NCBI GenBank assembly: GCA_036339735.1
Contig: JAYZAL010000014.1
Span: 1 to 52,423, forward strand
Source of the DNA: Candidatus Poribacteria bacterium
GTDB taxonomy: Bacteria; Poribacteria; WGA-4E; UBA9662
Direction of reading: 5' to 3'
Length of the DNA: 52,423 nucleotides
Within the stretch, counting starts at the first letter, position 1, and the number at the start of each line of letters is the position of its first letter. The position numbers and the translations under genes are program-made. The notes beneath the pieces were generated by a model, which was given only the letters and a program-made list of their open reading frames with translations, ran no database searches and had not been told where the DNA came from. Shown here piece after piece: positions 38,190 through 48,630 of the stretch.

Positions 38190-39170
38190 AGAATAATCGT
38201 AAAATAAAGAAGCTCAAGATGGGGATTTTTTATCACTACTATCTTAGTCTGGATTTTTTGTCTTGTTCGCATAGTGAAGATAATCTGGTGAAAACAAACC
38301 TGACTGATGGAGACTTATTCACTTAGAAAGTGGTATACGATAACATTGACAGGGAGTATACTGTTTATCGACCTTCTTCCTACGATGAAACTCTAAAAGT
38401 GCCACTTATGCTTGGTTTTCATGGGTCTGGTGATACTGTGAGTACCAGCTATGTTTTTCAGATATGAAGCCCATAGTAGAAATTGAAGGATTTATCTTAG
38501 TCGTTCCTCAGGGTGTTTCTTTAAAAGGCGAAAAAGAAGGATCATACTGAAATCATGAACCGAAGTCGGCCAAACAAAACAAAAGTAATGTAAACGATTT
38601 AGGTTTCATTACTGCAACTGATCAATAAAATAACCTCTGAATATAGAATTGATTCGAAATGGATTTATGCTTATACGAATGGAGCTTTTGTTACCGATTC
38701 ATTAGCTTGTTATCTAAGTAACAAGATAGCAGCTGTAGCTTCTATTGCAGGATTAATGTCAATAAAAAATAATCAAGTACTACCAACCATCACACCCGAC
38801 AGCTGTGATAATGTTTCACGGAACAGTAGATCAACTAATCCCGTGCGAGGGAATTGAGGCGTATGCTATGTCTATTGACCAAATAATCGATTATTGGATA
38901 AAATTCAACACTGTCAATATGGCTCCCCAAATCAACATTTTCAAACGTGACAGTATGGAATTAAAATCCTCTTCATATGAAAAGAAGAATGGATTTGGCA
39001 GTACTACAATAGGGCATTATTCCTATAGAGATGGTAAAAATGGAGTTTCTGTTGAAAACTATAATATTATCGGAGGAATCCACTGACCTCGGATAAATTA
39101 TAAAGGCTCTAACATTAGTAGTCTAATTTGGAATTTTGTTCCAAAATACGATATCAACGGATTGAGATAA
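38190..39170 (+). pseudogene. LpqC / PHB-depolymerase family esterase pseudogene
   Basis: Fragments REYTVYRPSSYDETLKVPLMLGFHGSG, GFILVVPQG, DLGFI, IAAVASIAG, IMFHGTVD and LIWNFVPKYDINGLR* lie in shifting frames with stops. Confidence 0.75.
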
Positions 39171-39419
39171 TCATTGGGTGGTATACTATCGCTTCAAACG
39201 CTTTTGCCCCAAGGGTATCTGTTATGATCAATAAAGATTTGACCTCCAAATTTCCCCTACTCACGCTGAATGATGTTAGGCTAGTTGCAGTGATCAAGTA
39301 AGATACATAAGGACAAGGATTTGCAAAAATGGATATACAGTTGATCTTTTTTCAGATATTATTGAGATCATAATCGTCTTCCATTTTCAATATACCTCAC
39401 GAGATAAAACAAATCAGAA

Positions 39420-40547
39420 ATGGCACATGCATACACACCAGGGCTAAAAATTTCAGCCCAAACCATAATTCGTAGTGAACGACGACTTCCATTAATGGGA
39501 GACGTACTAGTGGAAGTTGGGAATCAAGTTTCAGCTGAGGATATTGTGGCGCAGACAGATCTTCCGGGTAATGTTCAAATGATCCACGCAGCTAATTTGA
39601 TGGGAACAAGCCCGAGTAGTGTTGGCCGATTTATGCTTAAGAAAGTGGGTGATCCTGTGGAACAAGGAGAGATCATAGCCCAGTCTAATGGCTTATTTGG
39701 CCTGTTTAAATCAGAAGTAAAATCACCTATCTCCGGTACTATAGAAAACATTTCTGATGTAACTGGACAGGTAGTTATACGAGAACCCGCTACACCTGTC
39801 CAAACCTGGGGATATATCGATGGCCAAGTAATCGAGGTTATGGAAAATGAAGGTGCGGTGATTGAAACATGGGGAACACTAATCCAAGGCATTTTTGGCA
39901 TTGGAGGTGAAACTGTTGGTCAACTCCAGACGATTGTCGACTCACCTCATCAGCCATTGACTCCTGAATTAATCCAGGCTGATCATGAGGGACAGATTCT
40001 TGTTGGGGGTTCTACAGTTGACCGACAAACTGTGGAATTCGCAATTGATAAAGGAGTGAAAGGAATTGTTTGTGGAGGTATTGATGATCGTGAGCTATAT
40101 CAATTACTCGGATACGAATTAGGAGTCGCAATTACTGGTTCAGAACAGATTGGTCTAACATTAATGATCACCGAAGGTTTTGGTCAAATCTCAATGGCTA
40201 AGCAAACTTTCGATCTATTGCTACAAAGACAGGGTATGAAATCCTCACTAAATGGTACTACTCAGATTCGCGCGGGTGTTCAGAGACCTGAAATTGTCAT
40301 TCCTCTGGAGAAAGATGGTAATTCGTCTTTAGATAAAGATATAGCTACAATACAAAATGCCTTGGATGTCGGAACGCAGGTTCGCTTAATCAGATCTCCG
40401 TATTTTGGCCAATTAGGGGAAGTCACCAAACTACTAGTTGAACCCCAATCTTTAGAAACAGAAGCTCAGGTTCGAGTGCTTGAGGTTCAACTTCATGATC
40501 AAGAAAGAATTGTCTTGCCACGTGCCAACGTTGAAATTGTCGAATAA
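39420..40547 (+). CDS. Conserved hypothetical protein (MAHAYTPG family) with barrel-sandwich-hybrid-like and KOW-like segments
   Basis: Intact 375-aa ORF; KKVGDPVEQGEIIA...VKSPISGTI (lipoyl/RnfC-N-like) and GTQVRLIRSPYFGQLGEV (KOW-like). Confidence 0.75.
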   Translation: MAHAYTPGLKISAQTIIRSERRLPLMGDVLVEVGNQVSAEDIVAQTDLPGNVQMIHAANLMGTSPSSVGRFMLKKVGDPVEQGEIIAQSNGLFGLFKSEVKSPISGTIENISDVTGQVVIREPATPVQTWGYIDGQVIEVMENEGAVIETWGTLIQGIFGIGGETVGQLQTIVDSPHQPLTPELIQADHEGQILVGGSTVDRQTVEFAIDKGVKGIVCGGIDDRELYQLLGYELGVAITGSEQIGLTLMITEGFGQISMAKQTFDLLLQRQGMKSSLNGTTQIRAGVQRPEIVIPLEKDGNSSLDKDIATIQNALDVGTQVRLIRSPYFGQLGEVTKLLVEPQSLETEAQVRVLEVQLHDQERIVLPRANVEIVE

Positions 40548-40887
40548 GGCTAAAAACATTTGGCTAGAAAAGAAGCAAGCTTTATAAGTCGATCACTAAT
40601 TAGTTAAGGACCTCTTTATTTTCGTGGTATTCTTCGGCCCCTTTTCATACATCCATTCGTCCTCATCTTGAAAAGAATCAGTAATTATAGGGAATAGAGT
40701 TGTCGAGGGGTGGACTCCGTAAAATCTCCGTTAGTAGTAAATCCATAAACTTTCGACTTATTTATTCTCAATCTTCTTCTGTTGTTGATCATGCTTTCAT
40801 AACACCTGTGAATAGTTTGTATGGTATTCTGCTAGGATGGTAGGAAAATATGAATTTGATCGACCCATTGTGTGAGAAAAATCTAAG

Positions 40888-42147
40888 ATGATCAATCAAA
40901 GTAGAAAGTCCATAAGATTGGGTATTGTCGGGGCTGGACGTGGTAAATCTTATATGAGTGTTGCAGACTCCATTGGTTTTGAGTTAGTCGCAATTTGCGA
41001 TATCTGGGAAGAAAAACTGGAGCAGGTTGGTAGAGAGCTAAATGTAGCTACCTATGTTGAGTACGATCAATTTTTGTCCCATGACCTAGATGCTGTGGTA
41101 TTGTGCAATTATTTCCATCAGCATGCACCATTTGCTGAAAAAGCTTTACTAGCGGGAAAACATGTAATGAGTGAGTGTGCTGCTTGTCATACCTTAGCTG
41201 AGGGAGTTTCCCTTGCACGCACGGTTGAAAAGTCAGGTAAAGTGTACATGTTTGCTGAAAATTACCCATACAGTGCATATAACCAAGAAATGCGCCGACT
41301 ATATCAGAGTGGCCTAATTGGCGAATTCAAATATGGTGAAGGTGAGTATATACATCCAGATCCGGCTGAAGTGAAATTAGCCAGAAGTTGTGGTTGGAAC
41401 CATTGGCGTAATTGGATTCCTGCTACCTATTATTGCACACACTCTATTGCTCCCGTTATGTATATTACTGATACTCGGCCGGTCAAAGTTAATGCCTTTG
41501 TCGTTCCTTATGATTATGATGATTCAACACAAACCAAACATGTGAAACGAAGCGATACTAGCGCTATTATCATGTGTCGAATGAATAACGATGCGGTACT
41601 GAAGTCCCTTCATGGAGCGCTGCGTGGCCATGGTAATTATGTTCGTATACACGGGAACAAAGGATTAATGGAAAACTGTCGGCACGGCGATAAAAGCCGA
41701 CTCCGTATTTGGCAGGAGCCTTGGGAAAATGATAAAGAAGAAAAAACCGAAGTTGTTTACAAGCCTAATTTCCCAGTAGCTGGAGACTTGGCTCACAGGA
41801 CGGGTCATGGGGGAGGAGACTTTTTTACCAGCTATTATTTCGCGCAAGCGATTCATCGTCAAGAACAACCTTATCTTGATGTGTATAGAGGGATCGATAT
41901 GAGTATTGTTGGCATACTCGCTTGGCGATCAGTACTACAAGATTCGATGCCGATAACTGTACCGGACTTCAGACAAGAAAATGTACGCAAAAAATATGAA
42001 AATGATAATTGGTCTCCAGATCCCGATCGTACCGATAGCGACAAGCCACCACCCAGTATTCTGGGAGATATTGAGCCTACCCAAACAGCTAAAGACCTAG
42101 CAAGAAACATTTGGACCAATCAAGGATTTAATGTGGATTCTTCTTAA
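40888..42147 (+). CDS. Gfo/Idh/MocA family oxidoreductase
   Basis: LGIVGAGRG, LVAICD, GKHVMSEC, AENY, GEGEYIH, YCTHS, GHGGGD. Confidence 0.9.
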   Translation: MINQSRKSIRLGIVGAGRGKSYMSVADSIGFELVAICDIWEEKLEQVGRELNVATYVEYDQFLSHDLDAVVLCNYFHQHAPFAEKALLAGKHVMSECAACHTLAEGVSLARTVEKSGKVYMFAENYPYSAYNQEMRRLYQSGLIGEFKYGEGEYIHPDPAEVKLARSCGWNHWRNWIPATYYCTHSIAPVMYITDTRPVKVNAFVVPYDYDDSTQTKHVKRSDTSAIIMCRMNNDAVLKSLHGALRGHGNYVRIHGNKGLMENCRHGDKSRLRIWQEPWENDKEEKTEVVYKPNFPVAGDLAHRTGHGGGDFFTSYYFAQAIHRQEQPYLDVYRGIDMSIVGILAWRSVLQDSMPITVPDFRQENVRKKYENDNWSPDPDRTDSDKPPPSILGDIEPTQTAKDLARNIWTNQGFNVDSS

Positions 42148-42595
42148 AAAGGTCAAGGCGTTAATGCCGATGAAGATTTCTGTTCTCACCATTAGTGAAC
42201 TACTTTTCGTCAAGAAATAGCCGCCAAATGGATTAGGCTGGTACTGGTCAAGTCTAATTAACCATGTTTAATGGTTTTAGTTTTGTTCTAACTGAAAGAA
42301 TGTATCAATACCCAGGGGATGATCATGACGCATGATCTGATAAAGTGGAGAGGAGAAGGTTACCCAATTTGTGATGCCGACCTTGCCAGACTTGAAGGAT
42401 TTATATGGGATTGACATGAGCGCTAAGTTTGACGTGACCACTTCTTTGGACGAAAGTATGCCCTTCGGAACTTGAGGTGTGATTGCTCATATCCTACATA
42501 ATAGCCCTAATTTCAGACTGTCTTTTTACCAAGTTCGGCCAGAACAGGTTTTGTTGCCAGAAATGCGAGATGCAACCATTAGTCATTACAACAAA

Positions 42596-42627
42596 AAAAG
42601 TGGATGAACCACAATTCATCCACTTTT
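42596..42627 (-). terminator. Intrinsic (possibly bidirectional) terminator
   Basis: AAAAGTGGATGAA-ccacaa-TTCATCCACTTTT perfect 13-bp stem with flanking A run; a second hairpin at 42640-42669. Confidence 0.7.
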
Positions 42628-42674
42628 CTATGACGCAAGTTACTAAGAAATACCACGTGGTCTTAGTAAACTAA

Positions 42675-43325
42675 TCAGCTCCGGTTCTTTTTGATTTTAG
42701 CCCATTGGCTAGTCAACTTCTGTTTCGGATCCACGGGCAAAGTAGGTATCACTTCAATGGCACTGTACATCGCATTTAGATCTCCCTTGCCTGTCTTTTT
42801 ATTACCAGCAAAGTGAAAATTCATTACCTTATCTGTGACTTCAACGTCCTCATAAATTTTGATGTCGATCTCATCTTTGCCAGGTGTGACATAGAGTGGC
42901 TGTACATTTTTTTCTTCGATAAAGATGTCGAAACCACGATTATTGGGGGACCAATGTTCACCTACCATATAGGTGACCTGGAAGTTACCATTTCCGGTAT
43001 TTAGGTCTAGTTTAACTGTTGCTGGAAATTGTGCCCAGCAGACAGAATGAAAAAGTTCATTGTCATAGCCGGCTTTCTTGGCTTTCTTTTCAGCTTCCTT
43101 GGTCAAATTAGCAACAATGGCTGTCTTTGGCTTTTCATCAATCCAACCACCCCATTGACCAGCTTTGTACTCAGATTGTCCGGCTTCCCAAACTCTATTT
43201 TTAGAATCCTTAAAAGCTTTTTGAACACCACCTCTTACCCGCCAGACTTTTTCTTTTGAAAAGCCCGCAGATACTAGCAAAGAGAATATTAACAAACACA
43301 CAAATAACTTACTCAGTCTATACAT
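42675..43325 (-). CDS. Secreted malectin-like domain protein with conserved C-terminal tail
   Basis: Signal peptide from MYRLSK; malectin-like pattern FKDSKNRVWEA, NGNFQVTYMVGE, RGFDIFIE, SAIEV. Ends PVDPKQKLTSQWAKIKKNRS. Confidence 0.75.
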   Translation of the reverse strand: MYRLSKLFVCLLIFSLLVSAGFSKEKVWRVRGGVQKAFKDSKNRVWEAGQSEYKAGQWGGWIDEKPKTAIVANLTKEAEKKAKKAGYDNELFHSVCWAQFPATVKLDLNTGNGNFQVTYMVGEHWSPNNRGFDIFIEEKNVQPLYVTPGKDEIDIKIYEDVEVTDKVMNFHFAGNKKTGKGDLNAMYSAIEVIPTLPVDPKQKLTSQWAKIKKNRS

Positions 43326-43413
43326 TCCAACCTCTTTTTCCCTATTTTTTAACATTCAGTTAGAAGCTAAATCACGTATCAGGCAGAGATCATAACAGAA
43401 GCAGATCATCCAG

Positions 43414-45057
43414 TCAACGAGCGTTCTTTAGATCGTTTGGATTCGGTTCAACTAATTGTAAAAGTTGGTTTGTTTCTATTGATGTCAAAATTTGCTTTGC
43501 ACCGCTAGGCCATAGAATTTCAATCCGGTCTACAGTTTCAGCTGTTCCCAATCCAAACTCTATTTCTAAACTACTTTGAGAAAGGTAGCTAGTACCGCAG
43601 ACCACTTCTCTCATTTGAGTTTGGCCATTGGCCGTCAGGCGTACCTTAGCCCCGATGCTATCTCGATTACTAAGTGTGCCGGTCAATTTGAGATGTAACC
43701 AATGGTTATGGTTCCCACCTTCATTACGAAGTAACTGTGCTTTTTGACCTGCATTCACAACCAAAATGTCAATATCACCATCTTGGTCATAGTCTCCAAA
43801 AGCAGCTCCTCGCCCCAACATTTTTCCTAACTGCATAATCCCTGTTTCGGATGAAACATCGGAAAAGGTACCATTTCTATTATTACGTAACAGAATATCG
43901 GTTTGCCCGCCGGGCATCTGCCAGCTAGCTGGATCTATGTGTCCACAAGCAATATATAGGTCTAAATAACCATCATTATCATAGTCAAAGAATTCGGTTC
44001 CCCAACAAGTTTTACCGATACCTGATTCAAAGATTCCACTACTAGAGGAAACATCAGTAAAAGTTCCATCCCCATTGTTACGATAAAGCACGTTATTTTC
44101 ATCTAACCAGTTGGTGACAAATAAATCCAAGTCGCCGTCATTGTCATAGTCGCCCCAAGTAATACCCATACCACCACGAATGTCGCCAGTATGACTACGA
44201 TGGTCAGCCAAATTAGTGTTAGTGAAGTTAGATTCGCCATCGTTTCGATAAAGAATATTTTGATCAGTATCATTAGCTAGATACAGATCAATATCTCCGT
44301 CATTGTCGTAATCAGCTCCGGCAACCCCCAAAGTCAAATGGTTCCCACCACTGATTCCGACACTCTTTGTAACATCCATGAATCGGCCATCACCACGGTT
44401 AAAATAAAGAACGTTGTTCTGACCAGTGAAATCATAGGGAAAAAAATTATCTGCTCCGGATGGAACCTTCCCATAATCCAGATAGTTGCCCACATATAGA
44501 TCTAGGAACCCATCGTTATCATAATCAATCCAGCTAACACCAGACCCAAAACGATTGTCCCCGATACCACCCGCGCCAGATGAAGCCTGTTTGAAGGTGC
44601 CATCTCCTCGGTTTTTGAAAAATGCATTAGCTAAATAGTTAGTCAGGTAAAGGTCTGCATCACCATCGTTATCATAGTCAGCAAACGCACAACCCATCCC
44701 CCAACCGTCGTGGTCAAGTCCAACTTGCTTGGTAACTTCAGTGAATCGACCTTGGCCTTCGTTTCGATATAGAGCGTTAGTCGGTCGGTAGCCAACGACT
44801 CCACTTGGCTGATTCGAACTTTCATGAGGCTGAGCAGTATTAACCAGATAGACATCTAAGTCACCATCGTTGTCGTAATCAACAAACGCAGCCCCTGACC
44901 CAACAATAGCGGGTATTACTTTTTTGTCAACGCCACCAGCATGAATGAAGTCGACACCAGAAGAATCAGCACAATCAACAAAGTATACGGCTGGGTCAGA
45001 ATATGAAATCAATGAACAAAGAAAAAAGAATATTATTATCCGAATAGAAGAAATCAT
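43414..45057 (-). CDS. CRTAC1 family protein (FG-GAP/VCBS repeats plus ASPIC/UnbV domain)
   Basis: Seven DYD.DG..D repeats with LYRN.G.G.F.DV; C-terminal SNRDSIGAKV...YLSQS...FGLG...I.WPSG. Confidence 0.92.
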   Translation of the reverse strand: MISSIRIIIFFFLCSLISYSDPAVYFVDCADSSGVDFIHAGGVDKKVIPAIVGSGAAFVDYDNDGDLDVYLVNTAQPHESSNQPSGVVGYRPTNALYRNEGQGRFTEVTKQVGLDHDGWGMGCAFADYDNDGDADLYLTNYLANAFFKNRGDGTFKQASSGAGGIGDNRFGSGVSWIDYDNDGFLDLYVGNYLDYGKVPSGADNFFPYDFTGQNNVLYFNRGDGRFMDVTKSVGISGGNHLTLGVAGADYDNDGDIDLYLANDTDQNILYRNDGESNFTNTNLADHRSHTGDIRGGMGITWGDYDNDGDLDLFVTNWLDENNVLYRNNGDGTFTDVSSSSGIFESGIGKTCWGTEFFDYDNDGYLDLYIACGHIDPASWQMPGGQTDILLRNNRNGTFSDVSSETGIMQLGKMLGRGAAFGDYDQDGDIDILVVNAGQKAQLLRNEGGNHNHWLHLKLTGTLSNRDSIGAKVRLTANGQTQMREVVCGTSYLSQSSLEIEFGLGTAETVDRIEILWPSGAKQILTSIETNQLLQLVEPNPNDLKNAR

Positions 45058-45097
45058 CTTAAAAGGTAGTCAACTTACTATATGCTGAGGAACGTGA

Positions 45098-46011
45098 TTG
45101 GTTAAAAAACAATGGGCTGAGAATTTGGAATCCAAATTGGTTTTTGAGCTTCAAATTTCAGCTCGCAAGGAGTCGCATTATATTTATCGTGTCAAAAATC
45201 CTCTTATTTTACAACAAGGTTCCAAATACTTCTACCGTCAAAAACATCAAGGATACCGCCCACGAGAAGAATGGATTATTCAAGTCGAAAAAGCCTGTCA
45301 GATTTCGGTGTCTGAACGAGGGCGAAAGGGGTAGAAGATTCAGTACTTGTTATCAGGACTATTGAAGTGTCAGATCTGTGGTAATAATTTCCAGGTGAGC
45401 TTTGACAAACGTAAACCTAAGTAATCTTTCTACCGATGTGGTGCCAGATGGAGAAGGGCTAAGCTATGCACTAATTTTCGCCACTTGAACCGGGAAAGGT
45501 TGGAAAATCCAGTACTGAAAATGTTATCAGAAGTAGTACTCGACGAGGGGCATTTGGAAGAATTATTAGAAAAGAATATAGTCGGAATCGGAGCCAGCGA
45601 GAAGAAGAACTGAAAAGATTACGACATCAACTTTAGGTGTTAGAGCAGAGAATCGAAAACGCCACTGAAGTTTTGATGCAAAGTCCTAATTTAAAAGACC
45701 GATTCATTCCTAAGATTCGATCAGATTACGACAAGGTTAGAAAGGTCAAAACCGAGATTGAAACAAGGAACTTAGCTTCGGCTCCGAAGGTCGTAGATTT
45801 AGATAGTTTCAGGGGTGAAATGGAATAAGCTTTGCAGATTGACCTACAGATACAAAAAATTGCCTTCAGTTCGTTGATTCAGAGAATTGATGTAACTCAA
45901 GACAGAAGGATCGAAGTCGAATTTTATATTAATACTCGTGCTCTTGGTAACACCTCATATCCATTCTGTTCCAGATACGAGTTCCAACCTTTAGTAAAAA
46001 TAAGAATTTAG
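45098..46011 (+). pseudogene. Large serine recombinase pseudogene (recombinase, Zn-ribbon and coiled-coil part)
   Basis: Manual translation gives RPREEWII, then YLLSGLLKCQICG...*SFYRCG......LC...LNRERLE..VL, a coiled coil, and SSLIQRIDV...RIEVEF. Internal stops and frameshifts; no catalytic N-terminus. Confidence 0.85.
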
Positions 46012-46189
46012 AAAAGGCCATTTACTGCAGAATCACTATCTTACGAGTTACTGTATAGTATTTAGTTGCCTTACGGATATCAAAAATCTGTGTTAGAATT
46101 GATCGGGTTCACTACCTGACCGAATGATAATCTCCTACTATTAGGCCGACTTTGGACTGCATTCGTTTCGTTACAAAAGGATTTGAAAT

Positions 46190-47662
46190 ATGTCCACACC
46201 AAATCGACCCAACGTGCTAGTGATCATGACCGATCAGCAAAAGGCGACTGCTAGCCATCTTTACGGCAATACGTTCTGCCAAACACCATCCATGGAACGG
46301 TTAGCCGAAGAGGGGGTACTGTTTGAACACGCCATCACACCACATCCGTTGTGCGTCCCAGCTCGCGTCTCGTTTTGGACTTCCCAATTTCCCCATACGC
46401 ATGGTGCTCGGCGGAATCAGACACTGATGCCGAACGATGCGACCCACGCCTTTCAACTGTGGAAAGCGGCAGGTTATCAGACCGGTCTGATAGGTAAAAA
46501 TCACTGTTTTGATAGCGATGAGGACCTATCTCTGTTTGATACTCGTTGCGAAATTTCACACGGCGGATTGCCTAAAGATTCTGTCTGCCAAGGGATGGAA
46601 TGGTTTCGTCCAATTGAAGGCATCCATACAGCCCATAAACTCCGACGGTCCATGACGCCACAAAATCCTCGATTTAGTTACGCCGTTTCTGACTATCCGC
46701 TAGAAGACTATTCCACTGGCCTGGTAGCGGGTCAAACCGTCCGCTTTTTGGAACAGCATCGAGATAACCCCTTTGCTTTATGGGTTTCTTTCCCGGATCC
46801 ACATGAACCATGGGTAGCACCGGAACAATATGCTGCCATGTTCCCGGCACATAAAATCGACCTTCCGCCTTGGCCAGAGGACGAGTTCAGTTCAGATGCC
46901 CCCGAACGCAACCGGGTTCTATACCAAATGCTCAACATGGAGAAAGATGACCTAGACGATGTCTATGGTCTAATGGCTGTTTATTATGGAATGATACGCT
47001 TTATTGACGATGGATTGGGACAAATCATCGATGCTTTAGAAAAACTTGGTCTTAGGGAAAATACGATTGTCGTTTTCTGTTCAGATCACGGTGATTTTAT
47101 GGGCGAACACCGGATGCAGTGTAAGGGTGGTGTGTTTTACGATTGTTTGACACGAGTACCTCTGATCATCTCCTGTCCAGGTGAAATCGCCACTGGCATC
47201 AGGGATGACAGTATGGTGAACCTGATCGATGTCGTACCCACCTTGTTCCAATTGCAGGGGATCAAAGTTCCACCCACTATGCAGGGGCAAGCTCTTCCTA
47301 CGGTTACCTCAACAGTATCGCGAGACGCTACTTTTTCTGAGTATGGTGCCGGGGGACCGCTTTTTGGCCTCGCAGATTTGGAGCAATTACCCCGGCCATG
47401 GGGACGAGAAAGTTTGATTCAGTCTTTGCAATGGCGTGAAGCTGAAGGACGGCGTAAAATGGTACGAACAAAGGAGTGGAAGTATGTTCACGACCCGATG
47501 GGGGATCAAGACGAACTGTACGATCTAGTCAACGATTCGTGGGAGTTGAAAAATGTGGTTGGCCAATCGTCAAACCAGGAGATTTTGGCTGAACTCAGAT
47601 TACGTTTAGCTGACTGGAGTGTGATGACAGAAGACGCCAAGCCAGTGCCACAACCAGAATAA
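46190..47662 (+). CDS. Sulfatase (choline/arylsulfatase-like)
   Basis: RPNVLVIMTDQ, CVPARVS (CxPxR), GKNH, PDPHEP, SDHGDFMGEH, DELYDL. More GC-rich than its flanks. Confidence 0.93.
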   Translation: MSTPNRPNVLVIMTDQQKATASHLYGNTFCQTPSMERLAEEGVLFEHAITPHPLCVPARVSFWTSQFPHTHGARRNQTLMPNDATHAFQLWKAAGYQTGLIGKNHCFDSDEDLSLFDTRCEISHGGLPKDSVCQGMEWFRPIEGIHTAHKLRRSMTPQNPRFSYAVSDYPLEDYSTGLVAGQTVRFLEQHRDNPFALWVSFPDPHEPWVAPEQYAAMFPAHKIDLPPWPEDEFSSDAPERNRVLYQMLNMEKDDLDDVYGLMAVYYGMIRFIDDGLGQIIDALEKLGLRENTIVVFCSDHGDFMGEHRMQCKGGVFYDCLTRVPLIISCPGEIATGIRDDSMVNLIDVVPTLFQLQGIKVPPTMQGQALPTVTSTVSRDATFSEYGAGGPLFGLADLEQLPRPWGRESLIQSLQWREAEGRRKMVRTKEWKYVHDPMGDQDELYDLVNDSWELKNVVGQSSNQEILAELRLRLADWSVMTEDAKPVPQPE

Positions 47663-47687
47663 TGATTGCCGAAGCAAAGCCATCGAC

Positions 47688-47830
47688 ATGTTTATATGGT
47701 TAGAAAGGGAACTAGATATAGATGCAAAGAAGTCAGTCTTGAATAGCCTAATTAAAACATTGAAGGTAGACCGAAACGGACTTCTAGAAATCGACTTTGG
47801 TGTTACTCTCAATTATAGAGAAACGCTCTC
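47688..47830 (+). pseudogene. Second serine-recombinase C-terminal fragment
   Basis: DAKKSVLNSLIKTLKVDRNGLLEIDF parallels IQKIAFSSLIQRIDVTQDRRIEVEF at about 45850-45925. Confidence 0.5.
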
Positions 47831-47896
47831 ACAGAAACTTCTTCTTATACAAATACCTCAGATGGTCAACAGACCCACTTCTCCTCTCAGATTGAT

Positions 47897-48346
47897 TTGA
47901 GTAACTCAGATCAGGATTGCCAACAGCTTAAAATCCAAACCCTTCAACTCTGGCAGGATCAACATCAACAATTAGGTAACCCCCTCCCTTCCAACGCTGA
48001 TCTTTATCAAATCATGCGACAGAATTATCCACTCGGTATTGATGCTGTTGTCTCTCAGGCTTGTCAGTTAAGCCCTCATCTTAACCCCATTCAAGCCCTT
48101 CAGCTCCTTCAAGAGTGTATTAAGATCATGCCTCAAACTGGTGGTAATGGCCGACCCGTCGGACGCCCCGGCTGGTTCCTGCTCTCTATCTCTGATTCCT
48201 TCTTCAAGCGGGCTTGGGCCAATACCTTCGACTTTCTGCCCCTCTATTGGCAACATCATCAAAATACCGCTTCTCATCCTCGTTCGCTCCAACCCGTTAC
48301 TCGACCCCGTAATCGCTCGGTCAAACCCCGGTCTTCTCACTTTTAA
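47897..48346 (+). CDS. Hypothetical protein, possibly a mobile-element fragment
   Basis: 149-aa ORF with TTG start in a strongly C-rich, G-poor segment; no recognisable motif. Confidence 0.4.
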   Translation: MSNSDQDCQQLKIQTLQLWQDQHQQLGNPLPSNADLYQIMRQNYPLGIDAVVSQACQLSPHLNPIQALQLLQECIKIMPQTGGNGRPVGRPGWFLLSISDSFFKRAWANTFDFLPLYWQHHQNTASHPRSLQPVTRPRNRSVKPRSSHF

Positions 48347-48630
48347 CCCACTATGGATGGATTTGTTATTCAACTTAAATTAACTACTAAAACCATTTTA
48401 TAATCGTTTTAAAACCCGTTTACTTGGTGCCGTAATTTCAACTTCAAACTCCAAACATTCAACTTTGGTTGCTTCTGAGGATCACAATCTTCCTCGCATT
48501 GTGGGTCATTGGTACTCTTTTTGGCTCTCTTTGACTCTAAAATTCCCCCTACCTGTCTTTTGCAACGTCCTTTCTGTAAAAAAACCTGACAAACCCAACC
48601 CTATTTGAAGGGGCCTATCTCCTCAAACTA

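Noticed and set aside
40560-40800. Possible small minus-strand gene remnant
   Set aside because: Frames are interrupted and I recognise no family.
42150-42590. Possible pseudogene after the Gfo/Idh/MocA gene
   Set aside because: Looks coding-like in places, but no consistent frame or recognisable motif; BLASTx needed.
43414-45057. Internal nucleotide repeats in the CRTAC1 gene
   Set aside because: Explained by FG-GAP protein repeats; a common family.
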